DNA of 41,165 nucleotides from Thermoplasmatota archaeon (GTDB lineage Archaea; Thermoplasmatota; Penumbrarchaeia; Penumbrarchaeales; Penumbrarchaeaceae): NCBI GenBank assembly GCA_965234725.1, contig CBDDUX010000059.1, positions 1 to 41,165 of the forward strand, read 5' to 3'. Shown piece by piece: positions 30,542 to 39,996 of this stretch (position 1 is its first letter; each line of letters starts with the position of its first letter). The notes under the pieces were generated by a model. It saw only the letters and a program-made list of their open reading frames with translations, ran no database searches and was not told where the DNA came from. The position numbers and the translations under genes were made by a program.

Positions 30542-31650
30542 TATGATGCCTCCTCAAGAACAAGCAGCTTTTTTGTCCTTTCAGCATCCCAGCCCGAAAA
30601 GGATGCCTGGTAGATAATTCGTAGATTCTTCAACTCCATTTCCTTTGAGAAAAGGTATCGGATGGTCGGTCCGATACTGGAACCATAGGAGTGAGAAAGA
30701 CCTTTGACACCTTCAAGGACCACCCTGTCAAGAGCTGTCTCTACTGAAGTAATGTCTGTGGGATCGATCTCCTTTAAGAAGGGTTCCATATAGGTGCCAG
30801 TTAGAATAGATATCGCCTCCCTGGGACCGGAGGAATCCACCATCTGTTCTAATATTGGTCTGCCAAGGATACCACCTCCATGATAGAGAGATCTGATAGT
30901 GGCCTCTCTATCAAGGCCTGCCCTCTTTGACCTCATTATGGTATGGATATTGAACCTATCACAAATGATATCGTAGAATGCTCGTATGCCTCTCCTTGAA
31001 GTGAAAGGGACACCTTCAACAGAGGAAAGAACATCCAGACAATAACGATCAATGGCATCATCTATCATGAAAAGATCTATTTTTTCCTCATTCTTTACTA
31101 CTTCAGATACTCGCTTGGCCATAGGTAATCCCCCAATGACCTCCAGAGCCGAGGAAAGGTCCTTGGATGCGAGCATCTGTCTCTCCAGGTCCTCATCGAT
31201 CCTTCCAACAGGAAAGAGCGGGTCCTTTCTTCTTCCAATATACCTAAGGATCCGCTTCAATTCATCTCCCTCAAGTCTTGAGACATATGCTTTTATAAAT
31301 GGCTTGATCGAAACTGGGGATCCCTCTACTGACGAACCGATCAGATCGTGAAAGGCTATGATCAACGATGCGTCCACATCCCTGAATGTGTCGTTCTGTA
31401 GACCCAGGACAAGGTCTGAGGTAATAGATTTTGAAAGGGTTTGAGGAGAGCGGATCTCAACTAATGGAAGGACCTCATCTTTCATGACATAGGGATTTCC
31501 AAGGGTGGATAATCTGGAATTCTGATATGCAAATTGCCCTATCTGGATCAGTTTCCTGATACCCATCACCGCTCCGAAGGTTACCAGACCTGCTCCAGCA
31601 ACTCCAATGGCGGCCAGGACAGATGTCGGCATACCAAGGATTTCCACCAC
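30541..31650 (-). CDS. atpC: A-type ATP synthase subunit C with N-terminal hydrophobic helix
   Basis: FAYQNSRL, DRFNIHTIMR, YLFSKEMELKNLRII. Confidence 0.87.
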   Translation of the reverse strand: MVEILGMPTSVLAAIGVAGAGLVTFGAVMGIRKLIQIGQFAYQNSRLSTLGNPYVMKDEVLPLVEIRSPQTLSKSITSDLVLGLQNDTFRDVDASLIIAFHDLIGSSVEGSPVSIKPFIKAYVSRLEGDELKRILRYIGRRKDPLFPVGRIDEDLERQMLASKDLSSALEVIGGLPMAKRVSEVVKNEEKIDLFMIDDAIDRYCLDVLSSVEGVPFTSRRGIRAFYDIICDRFNIHTIMRSKRAGLDREATIRSLYHGGGILGRPILEQMVDSSGPREAISILTGTYMEPFLKEIDPTDITSVETALDRVVLEGVKGLSHSYGSSIGPTIRYLFSKEMELKNLRIIYQASFSGWDAERTKKLLVLEEAS

Positions 31651-31662
31651 TATGTTTCCTCC

Positions 31663-32271
31663 TCATTCTCCAAAAAGGGTCCTCGCAATTGTTTCCCTGA
31701 TCCTCTCTTCCTCTTTATCGAGTATGCCAGAGAACGTCATGTTCACCACTTTCTTCCCGTCCGAGCCTACACCAATGAACCCTCCGAGGAGATCCGTTTC
31801 ATTTGACCGGGACACAGGTCCCAGCAATACCTTGATCTCGCTGATCTTACCTTTAACGCCGGGTTTTCCTGATAGGACCTTCAGATCTATGTCCCTGACT
31901 GGATACACTGATATCCCATCACCAAGTGCCTCAGATGTCTTCTCGTACATTGGGATCAGATATGAGGCAAGCTCCTCTTCATCCATTTCAGAGAACCTCT
32001 TCCTTACCAGGGAAATTGTCTCCCAGATAAGATCCTCCTTTGCACTAAGGAGGGCTTGCCTCGCTTTTCTCTTTCCGTCGGATAAATGGACGTTCTTGAT
32101 ATTCTCCAATTCCTTTAGAAGCTTTTTTTCCAATTCTTTGATCTCATCCTTGACCCGTGTCTCCTCGGTCTCTTTCATTGAGGACACCTTGCTACGTGCA
32201 TCATTCAATATATCATCGATCTCGGAACGAGATTCTTCCTTTATCCTTGTGATCAAATCCTCCATTCCCAA
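31663..32271 (-). CDS. atpE: A-type ATP synthase subunit E
   Basis: MGMEDLITRI, coiled N-terminus, LGGFI...NMTF...IARTLFG. Confidence 0.85.
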   Translation of the reverse strand: MGMEDLITRIKEESRSEIDDILNDARSKVSSMKETEETRVKDEIKELEKKLLKELENIKNVHLSDGKRKARQALLSAKEDLIWETISLVRKRFSEMDEEELASYLIPMYEKTSEALGDGISVYPVRDIDLKVLSGKPGVKGKISEIKVLLGPVSRSNETDLLGGFIGVGSDGKKVVNMTFSGILDKEEERIRETIARTLFGE

Positions 32272-32292
32272 TGGGCAGACCTCCCTGAGGTA

Positions 32293-33033
32293 TCAGAGCA
32301 TTCCCGAAGCAAGCAAGAGGAATATAGCCACAAGGAAGCCGAATATTGCCATGGTCTCTGACATTACAGCGAATATCACTCCCTGGCCGAAAACCTTATT
32401 GTTCCTCCCAAAAGCAGCCGCTGCGGCAGAGGCGGTCATACCCTGGGGGATTGCGGAAACGCTGGAAAAGGCGATCACAATCCCAATAGCTAATGCCCCC
32501 CACCCAACAAAGGGTTGTTTAAGGATCGCAAATTCTGGTCCTCCCGTAAGACCGGTAAAGTTCAGGACCAGAATGGATATCAGGAGACCATAGATCCCCT
32601 GGGTCATTGGGAGAGCTTGGTATACTATCAATCTTCCGAACTTATCAGGTCTCTCAGCTGCAACTCCGGTAGCTCCGGCTCCTGCTATCCCAATACCGAT
32701 AGAAGACGTGATAGCTGCAACACCCATTGCCAACGCGACCCCGATAAAGACAAGCATCCGATTCTCCTTGACAACAAGGGAATCCTCCTGATTGTCTGGA
32801 TCAGTGTATTCCAGATACTCTCTTATGTTCGTCATTCCATCTTCATCTTTATCCTCGTTCGCATCGTTGGTGGAATTATCCAATCCATTGGCAGACTCCC
32901 AATCATCATCCATTCCATCTCGATCGATGTCCAGATAGGGCGTCCTGTCAGCTGACGCGTGGCTTGCAACTGCCACCAATGCGATCAAGGTCAAAGCAAT
33001 GACCCCGATAGCTATCTTTGGGTATCTCTTCAT
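32293..33033 (-). CDS. atpK: A-type ATP synthase subunit K (two-hairpin c subunit) with signal peptide and DxDxDG acidic domain
   Basis: SSIGIGIAG, ALPMTQGIYG, IPQG, VMSETMAIFG; ATG 33033 follows GGAGGG. Confidence 0.92.
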   Translation of the reverse strand: MKRYPKIAIGVIALTLIALVAVASHASADRTPYLDIDRDGMDDDWESANGLDNSTNDANEDKDEDGMTNIREYLEYTDPDNQEDSLVVKENRMLVFIGVALAMGVAAITSSIGIGIAGAGATGVAAERPDKFGRLIVYQALPMTQGIYGLLISILVLNFTGLTGGPEFAILKQPFVGWGALAIGIVIAFSSVSAIPQGMTASAAAAAFGRNNKVFGQGVIFAVMSETMAIFGFLVAIFLLLASGML

Positions 33034-33095
33034 TTCAAATCCCTCCGATCTCTTTGTAATTGTTTGAAATATTATCTGTGAAGTGGGATCGACGA

Positions 33096-35138
33096 TCAGC
33101 AAACACCATCATCACCCCCAGGTCCAAGGCAGTTCGGAGGCTGGGTAGTATAGAACCTTTCCATTCCAAAAGGTTCAAAGGCCTTCCCTCCACCCTCAAA
33201 GAACCTGCCAAAGAATTCCACGAATTGAAGTCTAAGAGAATGAACCCCGGCTCCAAGGGCTTGAAGTAATAAATTGAAAACATGCAGGAAGATCAAGAGA
33301 AGAAAAACGATCGGTATCATTATTGCGCCTGCTTCAGAGAGCATCCTTCCAACGATGTTGAAGGCCATGGCAAGGCCGAAGGTTGATAGCCCAAGGGCCA
33401 GGATCCTGGTGTAGGATATCCAATCACCAACGAATCCTTCTATGTTGAACAGGACCATTCCTTTTGCATTGAATGCCAAAAGGATAGTTCCTATGACGAA
33501 GGATCCACCTCCTATCATAGAAAGCAATTGGTCCAGCTCCCACCAACCAATGAGAAGGGCCCCAACAAAGATCACACCTCCAACCTGGATCAGCATCCAT
33601 GAAATAGTTCCTTTGAAGAAACCGAACACATCTCTCTTGATCAGCTTGTCCATACCATAAAGAAGGATCCCCAGGTTCAACTGGAGGAGACCGATATAAA
33701 GGGATATCTGGAAGAGAAGCATTGGATCCTTCAACGTGTCATAGGGTAACTCGTAACCAAATAAAACGAACGTGAACAATGGGGAGCCTGGATTTCCTAA
33801 GAATACTCTTGGTATAAGATCTCCGAAGAAAGCACCCATCCATATTCCAGCGATCGTTGTGGACAATCCCATGAGAAAGCCCATCCACCCCGTCATCCTG
33901 ATCGTTTTATTCCCTTTGGAAAAGAGTATGATAAGTGAGGTTATCAACATAATCAAGATCCCATAGCCAGCATCACCAAGCATTAGACCGAAGAAAAGGA
34001 TGAAGGGGACCGAGATCCAAAGGCTTGGATCGATCTCATTATATTTTGGAACAGCAAAAGTGGTGGTCAAGGGTTCGAACATACTTCCCAGCCAACCATT
34101 CTTCAATTTTGTCGGCACCTGATTCTCCTCTATCTCCTCAAGCGTGGGTGATCTGTGATCAACGTGGAACCTCTCTCTACACCTTGTTGTAAGGATATCA
34201 AAAAGCTCATCCAGCCGGTCCTTTTCGATCCAACCGGTCATTCTACAAGTATATCTGGTTCTCTTCATGGATGAACCAAGTGATGTTCTTTCCATTTCAA
34301 GTTCCACAAGCTCCAGATAGGCCCTACATGCAGGAAGCAGAAGCAGAGCAAGTTCCGATCCGGAGGACCTTATCTCACTATACCTTGATTCGAGGCTGTT
34401 CCTGAAGGTTTCTATCCTTGGTATAAGCCTTTCAATATTGAGATTCAAAATGTCAAGATCTGCATTATTACGCTTCAGGATGTCCTTGAACCGATCGACA
34501 TCGATGTTCATTTCTGTGAATATCCGTCCCCTTAGAGCTTCGGACATCCTTCCCTCCTGAGATCGGGAGTAAGTGATCCGAACAGAATGAAGACCCTCTT
34601 TCCGTTCAAGAAGGGATCCTTGAATGTTTCCACCGATACCCTCCACTGTTTTCTTCAGTTCATGGAACTGTCTGGTTGTCCCGATCCTGATCCTTATCCT
34701 GCGGAAAGATGATATTGTATTAAGGTCCAGATCAAGACCTGAAAGAGAGGTCAAGCGGCCTATCAACTCAGTGATCTGATCAATATCCTCTTCAATTCTT
34801 TTTAATGAAGATTCCAAGGGTTCAGTTCTTCTCTGGGCAGAGGCCACCCATTTCTCTGCATGGACCTTGATATCTCCTCCGGGTTCGCTGAACCATTTCT
34901 TTCTTACACCAAGCACCGCTTTAAGACCTTTCAAAGTCGGCTCCATGGGGGAAAGAAGATCGTTCATCCTTTCAAGCCTGGAGCGAAGGTCCAAAAGGAT
35001 CGGATCTATCCCCGGATCCTTCGATGTATCGATATCAATGGACTGGATCAATCTGGAGGCTTGAAGGTCTTTCAGGACCTTGTGGAGGTCGTTCCTCATG
35101 AGGAATGCCTCGATCCGCTCCATTTTTTGGGGATACAA
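33096..35138 (-). CDS. atpI: A-type ATP synthase subunit I
   Basis: PTKLKN, PKYNEIDP, FFGLMLGDAGYG, ISYTRILALGL, HSLRLQFVEFF; TTG start. Confidence 0.95.
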   Translation of the reverse strand: MYPQKMERIEAFLMRNDLHKVLKDLQASRLIQSIDIDTSKDPGIDPILLDLRSRLERMNDLLSPMEPTLKGLKAVLGVRKKWFSEPGGDIKVHAEKWVASAQRRTEPLESSLKRIEEDIDQITELIGRLTSLSGLDLDLNTISSFRRIRIRIGTTRQFHELKKTVEGIGGNIQGSLLERKEGLHSVRITYSRSQEGRMSEALRGRIFTEMNIDVDRFKDILKRNNADLDILNLNIERLIPRIETFRNSLESRYSEIRSSGSELALLLLPACRAYLELVELEMERTSLGSSMKRTRYTCRMTGWIEKDRLDELFDILTTRCRERFHVDHRSPTLEEIEENQVPTKLKNGWLGSMFEPLTTTFAVPKYNEIDPSLWISVPFILFFGLMLGDAGYGILIMLITSLIILFSKGNKTIRMTGWMGFLMGLSTTIAGIWMGAFFGDLIPRVFLGNPGSPLFTFVLFGYELPYDTLKDPMLLFQISLYIGLLQLNLGILLYGMDKLIKRDVFGFFKGTISWMLIQVGGVIFVGALLIGWWELDQLLSMIGGGSFVIGTILLAFNAKGMVLFNIEGFVGDWISYTRILALGLSTFGLAMAFNIVGRMLSEAGAIMIPIVFLLLIFLHVFNLLLQALGAGVHSLRLQFVEFFGRFFEGGGKAFEPFGMERFYTTQPPNCLGPGGDDGVC

Positions 35139-35150
35139 TGTCAGACCGTC

Positions 35151-35474
35151 CTAATCTTGAAAACTATCCATGATGGTTTCAAGGACCCTGAAAACGGCAC
35201 TATCCATCCTACCCTTCGCTTTGTTACTGAGGTCCTGAGCAAGGGCGATCCCATCCTTCCTTACTCTGGCAGACTCCTCCGTGGCTGATTTCTTGACCAC
35301 ATCAAGTCTCTTCTTTCTTGAAACCTCGAAATCCGATAGGGTCCTATCATGGAAGGTCAACGCCTCCTCTTCCGCCTTTCGGATCAACCGCTCTGACCGA
35401 TCTTTGGCCTCCTGAACTGACCTCTCGGCTGCCCTTTCTGCATCCAAAAGTTTTTTTAGATCCCCCTCGCCCAT
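35151..35474 (-). CDS. atpH: A-type ATP synthase subunit H
   Basis: Charged helical 107-aa protein, first gene of the operon. Confidence 0.75.
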   Translation of the reverse strand: MGEGDLKKLLDAERAAERSVQEAKDRSERLIRKAEEEALTFHDRTLSDFEVSRKKRLDVVKKSATEESARVRKDGIALAQDLSNKAKGRMDSAVFRVLETIMDSFQD

Positions 35475-35700
35475 TTCAGCATCACCGAAGCCTTTTTTGA
35501 AACCGATTGGGCTTAATCCATCGTATTACTTAACACTTACTAATAAATACATTTCATTGCAGATAATAACATTCTTCCACCATAAAATAGAGAAAAACAA
35601 CAGGAACTACCTATTTTAACATAATACTGAACTAAGATATATAATTTTGTTATTTGATTTTTCAGTTCTAGCAGGGTGGCATTTCCGACCAAAATGATAC

Positions 35701-36121
35701 TGGACTGCACCCCAAATAGTGGACACTCTGATAAGCTAATGAATCAATGGAGGTGAAGCATGGCGAAACCGAGAAACTACTACACCCGCGATTTCAAGAT
35801 GGCGATCCTATCACAGATCGAGGCAGGTGTCCCCATGGCCCAGGTAGCAAGGGAGAACGGAATACATCCAACTCTGGTTGCTCGCTGGAAGAAGGAATAT
35901 CTGGTCAATCCTGAGAAGGCATTTGCAGGTCCGGGACATCCATACAAGGACCAGGCCAGGGTTGCAGAGCTGGAGAGAATGGTCGGGAAACTCTATGCCG
36001 AGAATGAATTTCTAAAAAAAACCTTGGAGACCATGAACGAACGAGTAGAGGAAGAGAATGGAGTGCACCCTTAAAATGGTATAGTGAGTTAAGCAACAGG
36101 AACATCATGGGGTTCACTCCA
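35701..36121 (+). mobile_element. Truncated IS3-family element (orfA only) with nested inverted-repeat ends
   Basis: IRL TGGACTGCACCCCAAATAGTGGACA at 35701; second IR-like TGGAGTGCACCC at 36059; right IR GGGTTCACTCCA ending at 36121. Confidence 0.75.
35760..36074 (+). CDS. IS3-family transposase OrfA (HTH); OrfB absent
   Basis: YTRDFK...QVARENGIHPTLVARWKK...LYAENEFLKK with an A8 slippery run. Confidence 0.88.
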   Translation: MAKPRNYYTRDFKMAILSQIEAGVPMAQVARENGIHPTLVARWKKEYLVNPEKAFAGPGHPYKDQARVAELERMVGKLYAENEFLKKTLETMNERVEEENGVHP

Positions 36122-36226
36122 ATGAACTCCCGTGTGTAACACGTCCTAGGTTTTGCTTTACTTCACTTCCGTTGTCGTATTAGCTAATCATAGTATCCAC
36201 TGTTCATGATGCATTCCAATAGCAGT

Positions 36227-36241
36227 TATAACTGGGTTATA
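36227..36241. promoter_or_regulatory. Palindrome upstream of the thi operon, candidate repressor operator
   Basis: TATAAC-TGG-GTTATA overlapping TATA-like TTATATAA. Confidence 0.45.
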
Positions 36242-36369
36242 TAAAATGATAAATAAGTAATAGTCATATTCATATTCATTCTGATTCTGTTTGGATCGTT
36301 TAATGTGGAAAGTAAACTGATCTTTAACAAGCCAAATAGAATAAAACATATTGTCGACAGGGTGGGTAA

Positions 36370-37167
36370 ATGACTAGAAAATTGGATGAAAGGATCATCT
36401 CAAAAGCTATTATTGAGACCTATATGAACGAGCTGATCGAGGCCACTGATGTAGATGTGGCCATTGCCGGAGCTGGACCTGCTGGAATGACCGCGGCATA
36501 TTTTTTGGCCAAGGCCAGTTATAAGGTTGTCATCTTTGAACGAAAACTGTCCCCAGGCGGCGGGATGTGGGGAGGTGGTATGTTCTTCAATACCATCGTG
36601 GTACAAGAGAAAGGATTAGAGTTGCTGAATGAGTTCGAGGTGCGATACAAGAAATACCAGCCTAATTACTATGTTGCAGATTCCGTTGAATGTGTATCCA
36701 AGATAATGGCTAGGACAATTAGCGCAGGAGCCAAGTTATTCAATGTTGTCAGCGTGGATGACACTCTCATCATTGACAATAGGGTCTGTGGATTCGTTAT
36801 CAATTGGAGTCCTGTGGACACTTCGAATTTACATGTTGATCCACTAACTATCAGGAGCAGATATACAATCGAGGCCACTGGCCATCCGCTGAGTGTACTC
36901 AACACACTTGTGAAGAAAAAGGGAAAGGTTCTCAATACCGAAGATGGCGGTATCCAGTGGGAGGAGCCGATGGACGCAGATAACGGGGAAAAATTGGTAG
37001 TAGAGAACTCCAAAGAGGTTTACCCTGGAATATACGTGGTCGGCATGGCGGCAAATGCGGTCTACGGTGCTCCCAGAATGGGCCCTGTCTTCGGTGGAAT
37101 GCTTCTTTCAGGTAAAAAAGTCGCTGAGGAAATAATCAAGCGATTAGAAGGTGAAGATAAGTGTTAG
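36370..37167 (+). CDS. thi4: Thiazole synthase Thi4, His-type (sulfide-dependent)
   Basis: GAGPAG, GGGMWGGG, LHVDP (His rather than Cys), PRMGPVFGGMLLSG. Confidence 0.93.
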   Translation: MTRKLDERIISKAIIETYMNELIEATDVDVAIAGAGPAGMTAAYFLAKASYKVVIFERKLSPGGGMWGGGMFFNTIVVQEKGLELLNEFEVRYKKYQPNYYVADSVECVSKIMARTISAGAKLFNVVSVDDTLIIDNRVCGFVINWSPVDTSNLHVDPLTIRSRYTIEATGHPLSVLNTLVKKKGKVLNTEDGGIQWEEPMDADNGEKLVVENSKEVYPGIYVVGMAANAVYGAPRMGPVFGGMLLSGKKVAEEIIKRLEGEDKC

Positions 37168-38171
37168 GTGATATTTACCGAGTCATTGACGCCAACCTCA
37201 ACAGGCTCAAAGAAGGGCTTAGGACTGTAGAGGAACATGCAAGATTAATCTGGGGCGACTCTTCACTTACCAAGAGATCCAAAGAGATTAGGCATGAAGT
37301 AACGGTCTTGGTAGAGAGGTATCTGTCATGGGACGACCTGCTTTCAAACAGGAATTCCATTCAGGACGTAGGCCAGCACTTGGACCCTGAGACTGAACTA
37401 ACTCGCGAGGGTATATCTTCGGTACTGGTGTCGAACTTAAAAAGAGTCCAAGAAGCCGCAAGGGTCCTAGAGGAATACTCCAAGCTTGTGAACACGAATC
37501 TGTCTATGGGGTTTAAAAATATCAGGTTTGATCTCTATAACCTGGAACAGGAATATTTCAAGTACCAAAACCTGTTTTTTTCGCTTTATTTGCTAGTATC
37601 TGGGCCTGAGGGAGTTAGGGAGGCAATAAAGGGTGGCGTGGATCTGGTCCAATTCAGAGATAAAACGTCATCGGATTCTGTTAGGTTAGAAAAAATCCGA
37701 AAACTAATGAACATCACAAGGAGAGCAGAAATACCGTTGATAATTAACGATAGACCCGATCTGTGCGTTCTCTCCAACGCTTCAGGTGTTCACCTTGGCC
37801 AAGATGACATACCGGTCGCTGAGGCCAGACAAATCATTGGACCCGGCAGGATCATAGGTGTTTCCACCCATACCTTAAGACAAGCAGTTCGAGCGGAAGA
37901 GGAAGGGGCTGATTACATTGCCACCGGCCCTGTGTTTTCCACAGAATCCAAAGGCCTACCAGTGGAAGGTATCGGATTGGAGATCCTCAAAGAAGTAGTT
38001 GATTGTGTACACACCCCCGTGGTCGCAATTGGCGGTATTACCAAGGACAATGTTGAGCAAGTCCTGGCCACGAATGTTAGACGGATAGCGGTAATGAGAG
38101 GAATAATTGGTGGGGATGATCCCGGAAAGAATGCTGAGTCGTTGAAATGTAAGATAAGTAAGGTTGAATGA
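37161..38171 (+). CDS. thiE: Thiamine-phosphate synthase with N-terminal ThiD2-like domain
   Basis: RVIDANLNRLKEGLRTVEE and NLKRVQEAARVLEE at the N-terminus; VQFRDK, IINDRPD, GVHLGQDD, VAIGGI. Confidence 0.92.
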   Translation: MLGDIYRVIDANLNRLKEGLRTVEEHARLIWGDSSLTKRSKEIRHEVTVLVERYLSWDDLLSNRNSIQDVGQHLDPETELTREGISSVLVSNLKRVQEAARVLEEYSKLVNTNLSMGFKNIRFDLYNLEQEYFKYQNLFFSLYLLVSGPEGVREAIKGGVDLVQFRDKTSSDSVRLEKIRKLMNITRRAEIPLIINDRPDLCVLSNASGVHLGQDDIPVAEARQIIGPGRIIGVSTHTLRQAVRAEEEGADYIATGPVFSTESKGLPVEGIGLEILKEVVDCVHTPVVAIGGITKDNVEQVLATNVRRIAVMRGIIGGDDPGKNAESLKCKISKVE

Positions 38172-39460
38172 GAGTTGATATCATGTTGATGAAAGATGCC
38201 AAGAACGGGGAGATCACACCTGTAATCAGAGAGGTGGCAGATAACGAGGATATGAATCCTGAGAAGCTAGCCAAACTTGTCGCCCAGGGCAAGATAGTGA
38301 TCCCAGTCAACAATAGAAAAAAGAGTTTGAGACCGATTGGTATCGGTAAGGGTCTCAGGATAAAGGTTAATGCGAATATCGGGACATCCATGGATTACAA
38401 TGACATAGAGGAGGAGATTGAGAAGGCTAGGATATGCATGAAATATGGTGCTGATACCATTATGGACCTCTCCACGGGTGGAGATGTAACCGAGATCAGA
38501 AGGAGAATAATCCAGGAAGTAAACATCCCAACGGGAACGGTTCCCATTTATCAAGCCGGACTGGAAAAGATTCTAGAAAAAGAAGGCGCCGTTGTAGACA
38601 TGTCCGAAGATGATATGTTCAACGCCATCGAGACACATCTTAAAGACGGTGTTGACTTCATCACCGTGCACTGCGGTGTAACCAGGGAATCCGTAAGAAG
38701 GTTGAAGATGTCCGGAAGGATTACAAACGTAGTTTCCAGGGGTGGCGCGTTCCTCACTGCCTGGATCCTTCACAACGATCAGGAGAACCCCCTTTACCGA
38801 AACTTCGACTACCTATTGGACATTGCCTCGGAATACGACGCCACCTTAAGCCTAGGCGACGGTATGAGACCCGGGGGTATCTCGGATTCTACTGACATGG
38901 TCCAGATTGAGGAGCTTGTGACCCTTACCGAACTTGTGAAGAGAGCCAGGAAGGCTAATGTTCAATCCATGGTGGAAGGGCCGGGACACATCCCATTCCA
39001 CCAGATAGCTGCTAATGTCCAGCTGGAGAAAGCCATGACAGATGAGGCGCCTTTCTACGTTCTGGGCCCCCTGGTTACTGACATAGCCCCCGGGTATGAT
39101 CATATTGTGGGAGCTATTGGTGGAGCTATGGCGGCTTTTGCTGGCGCTGATTTTCTATGTTATGTGACACCATCTGAGCATTTATGTCTTCCAACGATCG
39201 ATGATGTGGTTGAGGGTATCATGGCTTCGAGAATCGCAGCCCATGCCATTGATATCACTCGTGGGATCGGCTTGGAATCGGATATAGAAATGGATATTTA
39301 CCGAAAGAAACGAGACTGGGAAAAAATGTTCTCAGTGGCAATGAATCCAATAAAGGCAAGGGCCTATTACGAGCGCAGAAAGGCCAAAGACAGCGATGTC
39401 TGTAGCATGTGTGGGGATCTATGCGCGATAAGGATATGCGAGAAATACCTGAGTGAATAG
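38168..39460 (+). CDS. thiC: Phosphomethylpyrimidine synthase
   Basis: KVNANIGTS, MDLSTGG, SRGG, SLGDGMRPG, EGPGH, CSMCGDLC. Confidence 0.96.
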   Translation: MRVDIMLMKDAKNGEITPVIREVADNEDMNPEKLAKLVAQGKIVIPVNNRKKSLRPIGIGKGLRIKVNANIGTSMDYNDIEEEIEKARICMKYGADTIMDLSTGGDVTEIRRRIIQEVNIPTGTVPIYQAGLEKILEKEGAVVDMSEDDMFNAIETHLKDGVDFITVHCGVTRESVRRLKMSGRITNVVSRGGAFLTAWILHNDQENPLYRNFDYLLDIASEYDATLSLGDGMRPGGISDSTDMVQIEELVTLTELVKRARKANVQSMVEGPGHIPFHQIAANVQLEKAMTDEAPFYVLGPLVTDIAPGYDHIVGAIGGAMAAFAGADFLCYVTPSEHLCLPTIDDVVEGIMASRIAAHAIDITRGIGLESDIEMDIYRKKRDWEKMFSVAMNPIKARAYYERRKAKDSDVCSMCGDLCAIRICEKYLSE

Positions 39461-39590
39461 TACTTTCTCACCTCCATGATCTGGCGGAGATATCATCAAT
39501 GGAGGATCACCTTTCCTAGTTCCCCGGTCCAAGACTCTTCCCGAAAAGGGAGAGGGAACTATTTCTCTTGAACAGATCAATGGAACGCCC

Positions 39591-39872
39591 ATGTTGAACA
39601 TATCTTCATCTTCAATAGATGTAGAATTCAGATACGAGAAGAAAAACAATTTATCAGAACTCGAAGATTTCTCCTTTTCAAATGCGTACATTGATTCTTT
39701 AAACAATTTTACCTTAATCTCAATATTCTTCTCTGGTGAAAATGTCTGTCAATCATCCTTTAAATTTGAGATCCATGATGATACTAGAGGTAATTCTTGG
39801 GATGTAGGTCCGATAGGTTTGGTCCATGGTTGGAATAAAGTAGAAGTATATAGGGATAATTGGATTGATTAG
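39591..39872 (+). CDS. Small hypothetical ORF, possibly a 5'-truncated fragment
   Basis: 93 aa; the frame is open upstream to about 39480; the stop abuts the 49-bp repeat. Confidence 0.35.
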   Translation: MLNISSSSIDVEFRYEKKNNLSELEDFSFSNAYIDSLNNFTLISIFFSGENVCQSSFKFEIHDDTRGNSWDVGPIGLVHGWNKVEVYRDNWID

Positions 39873-39873
39873 A

Positions 39874-39922
39874 TTCCACTTGTCGCCGAATACGGCAAAA
39901 TCTAAATGATGAGAAGATGTTT
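39874..39922 (+). repeat. 49-bp direct repeat, copy 1
   Basis: TTCCACTTGTCGCCGAATACGGCAAAATCTAAATGATGAGAAGATGTTT; 46/49 identical to 41102-41150. Confidence 0.9.
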
Positions 39923-39996
39923 TCAGAAGAGGATGAAAGGGGCAAAATACAAATGAGCTAACAACAAATAAATAAAGAGGCTCCTTTGTAATTCTA

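Noticed and set aside
31607..32593. 328-aa plus-strand ORF
   Set aside because: Antisense to atpE and atpK with no recognisable motif. The other short antisense ORFs in the track were dismissed for the same reason.
33034..33102. Longer atpK start at 33102
   Set aside because: ATG 33033 has a GGAGGG RBS and gives a normal signal peptide.
36122..36369. TPP riboswitch upstream of thi4
   Set aside because: The conserved GCTGAGA and downstream core motifs were not found.
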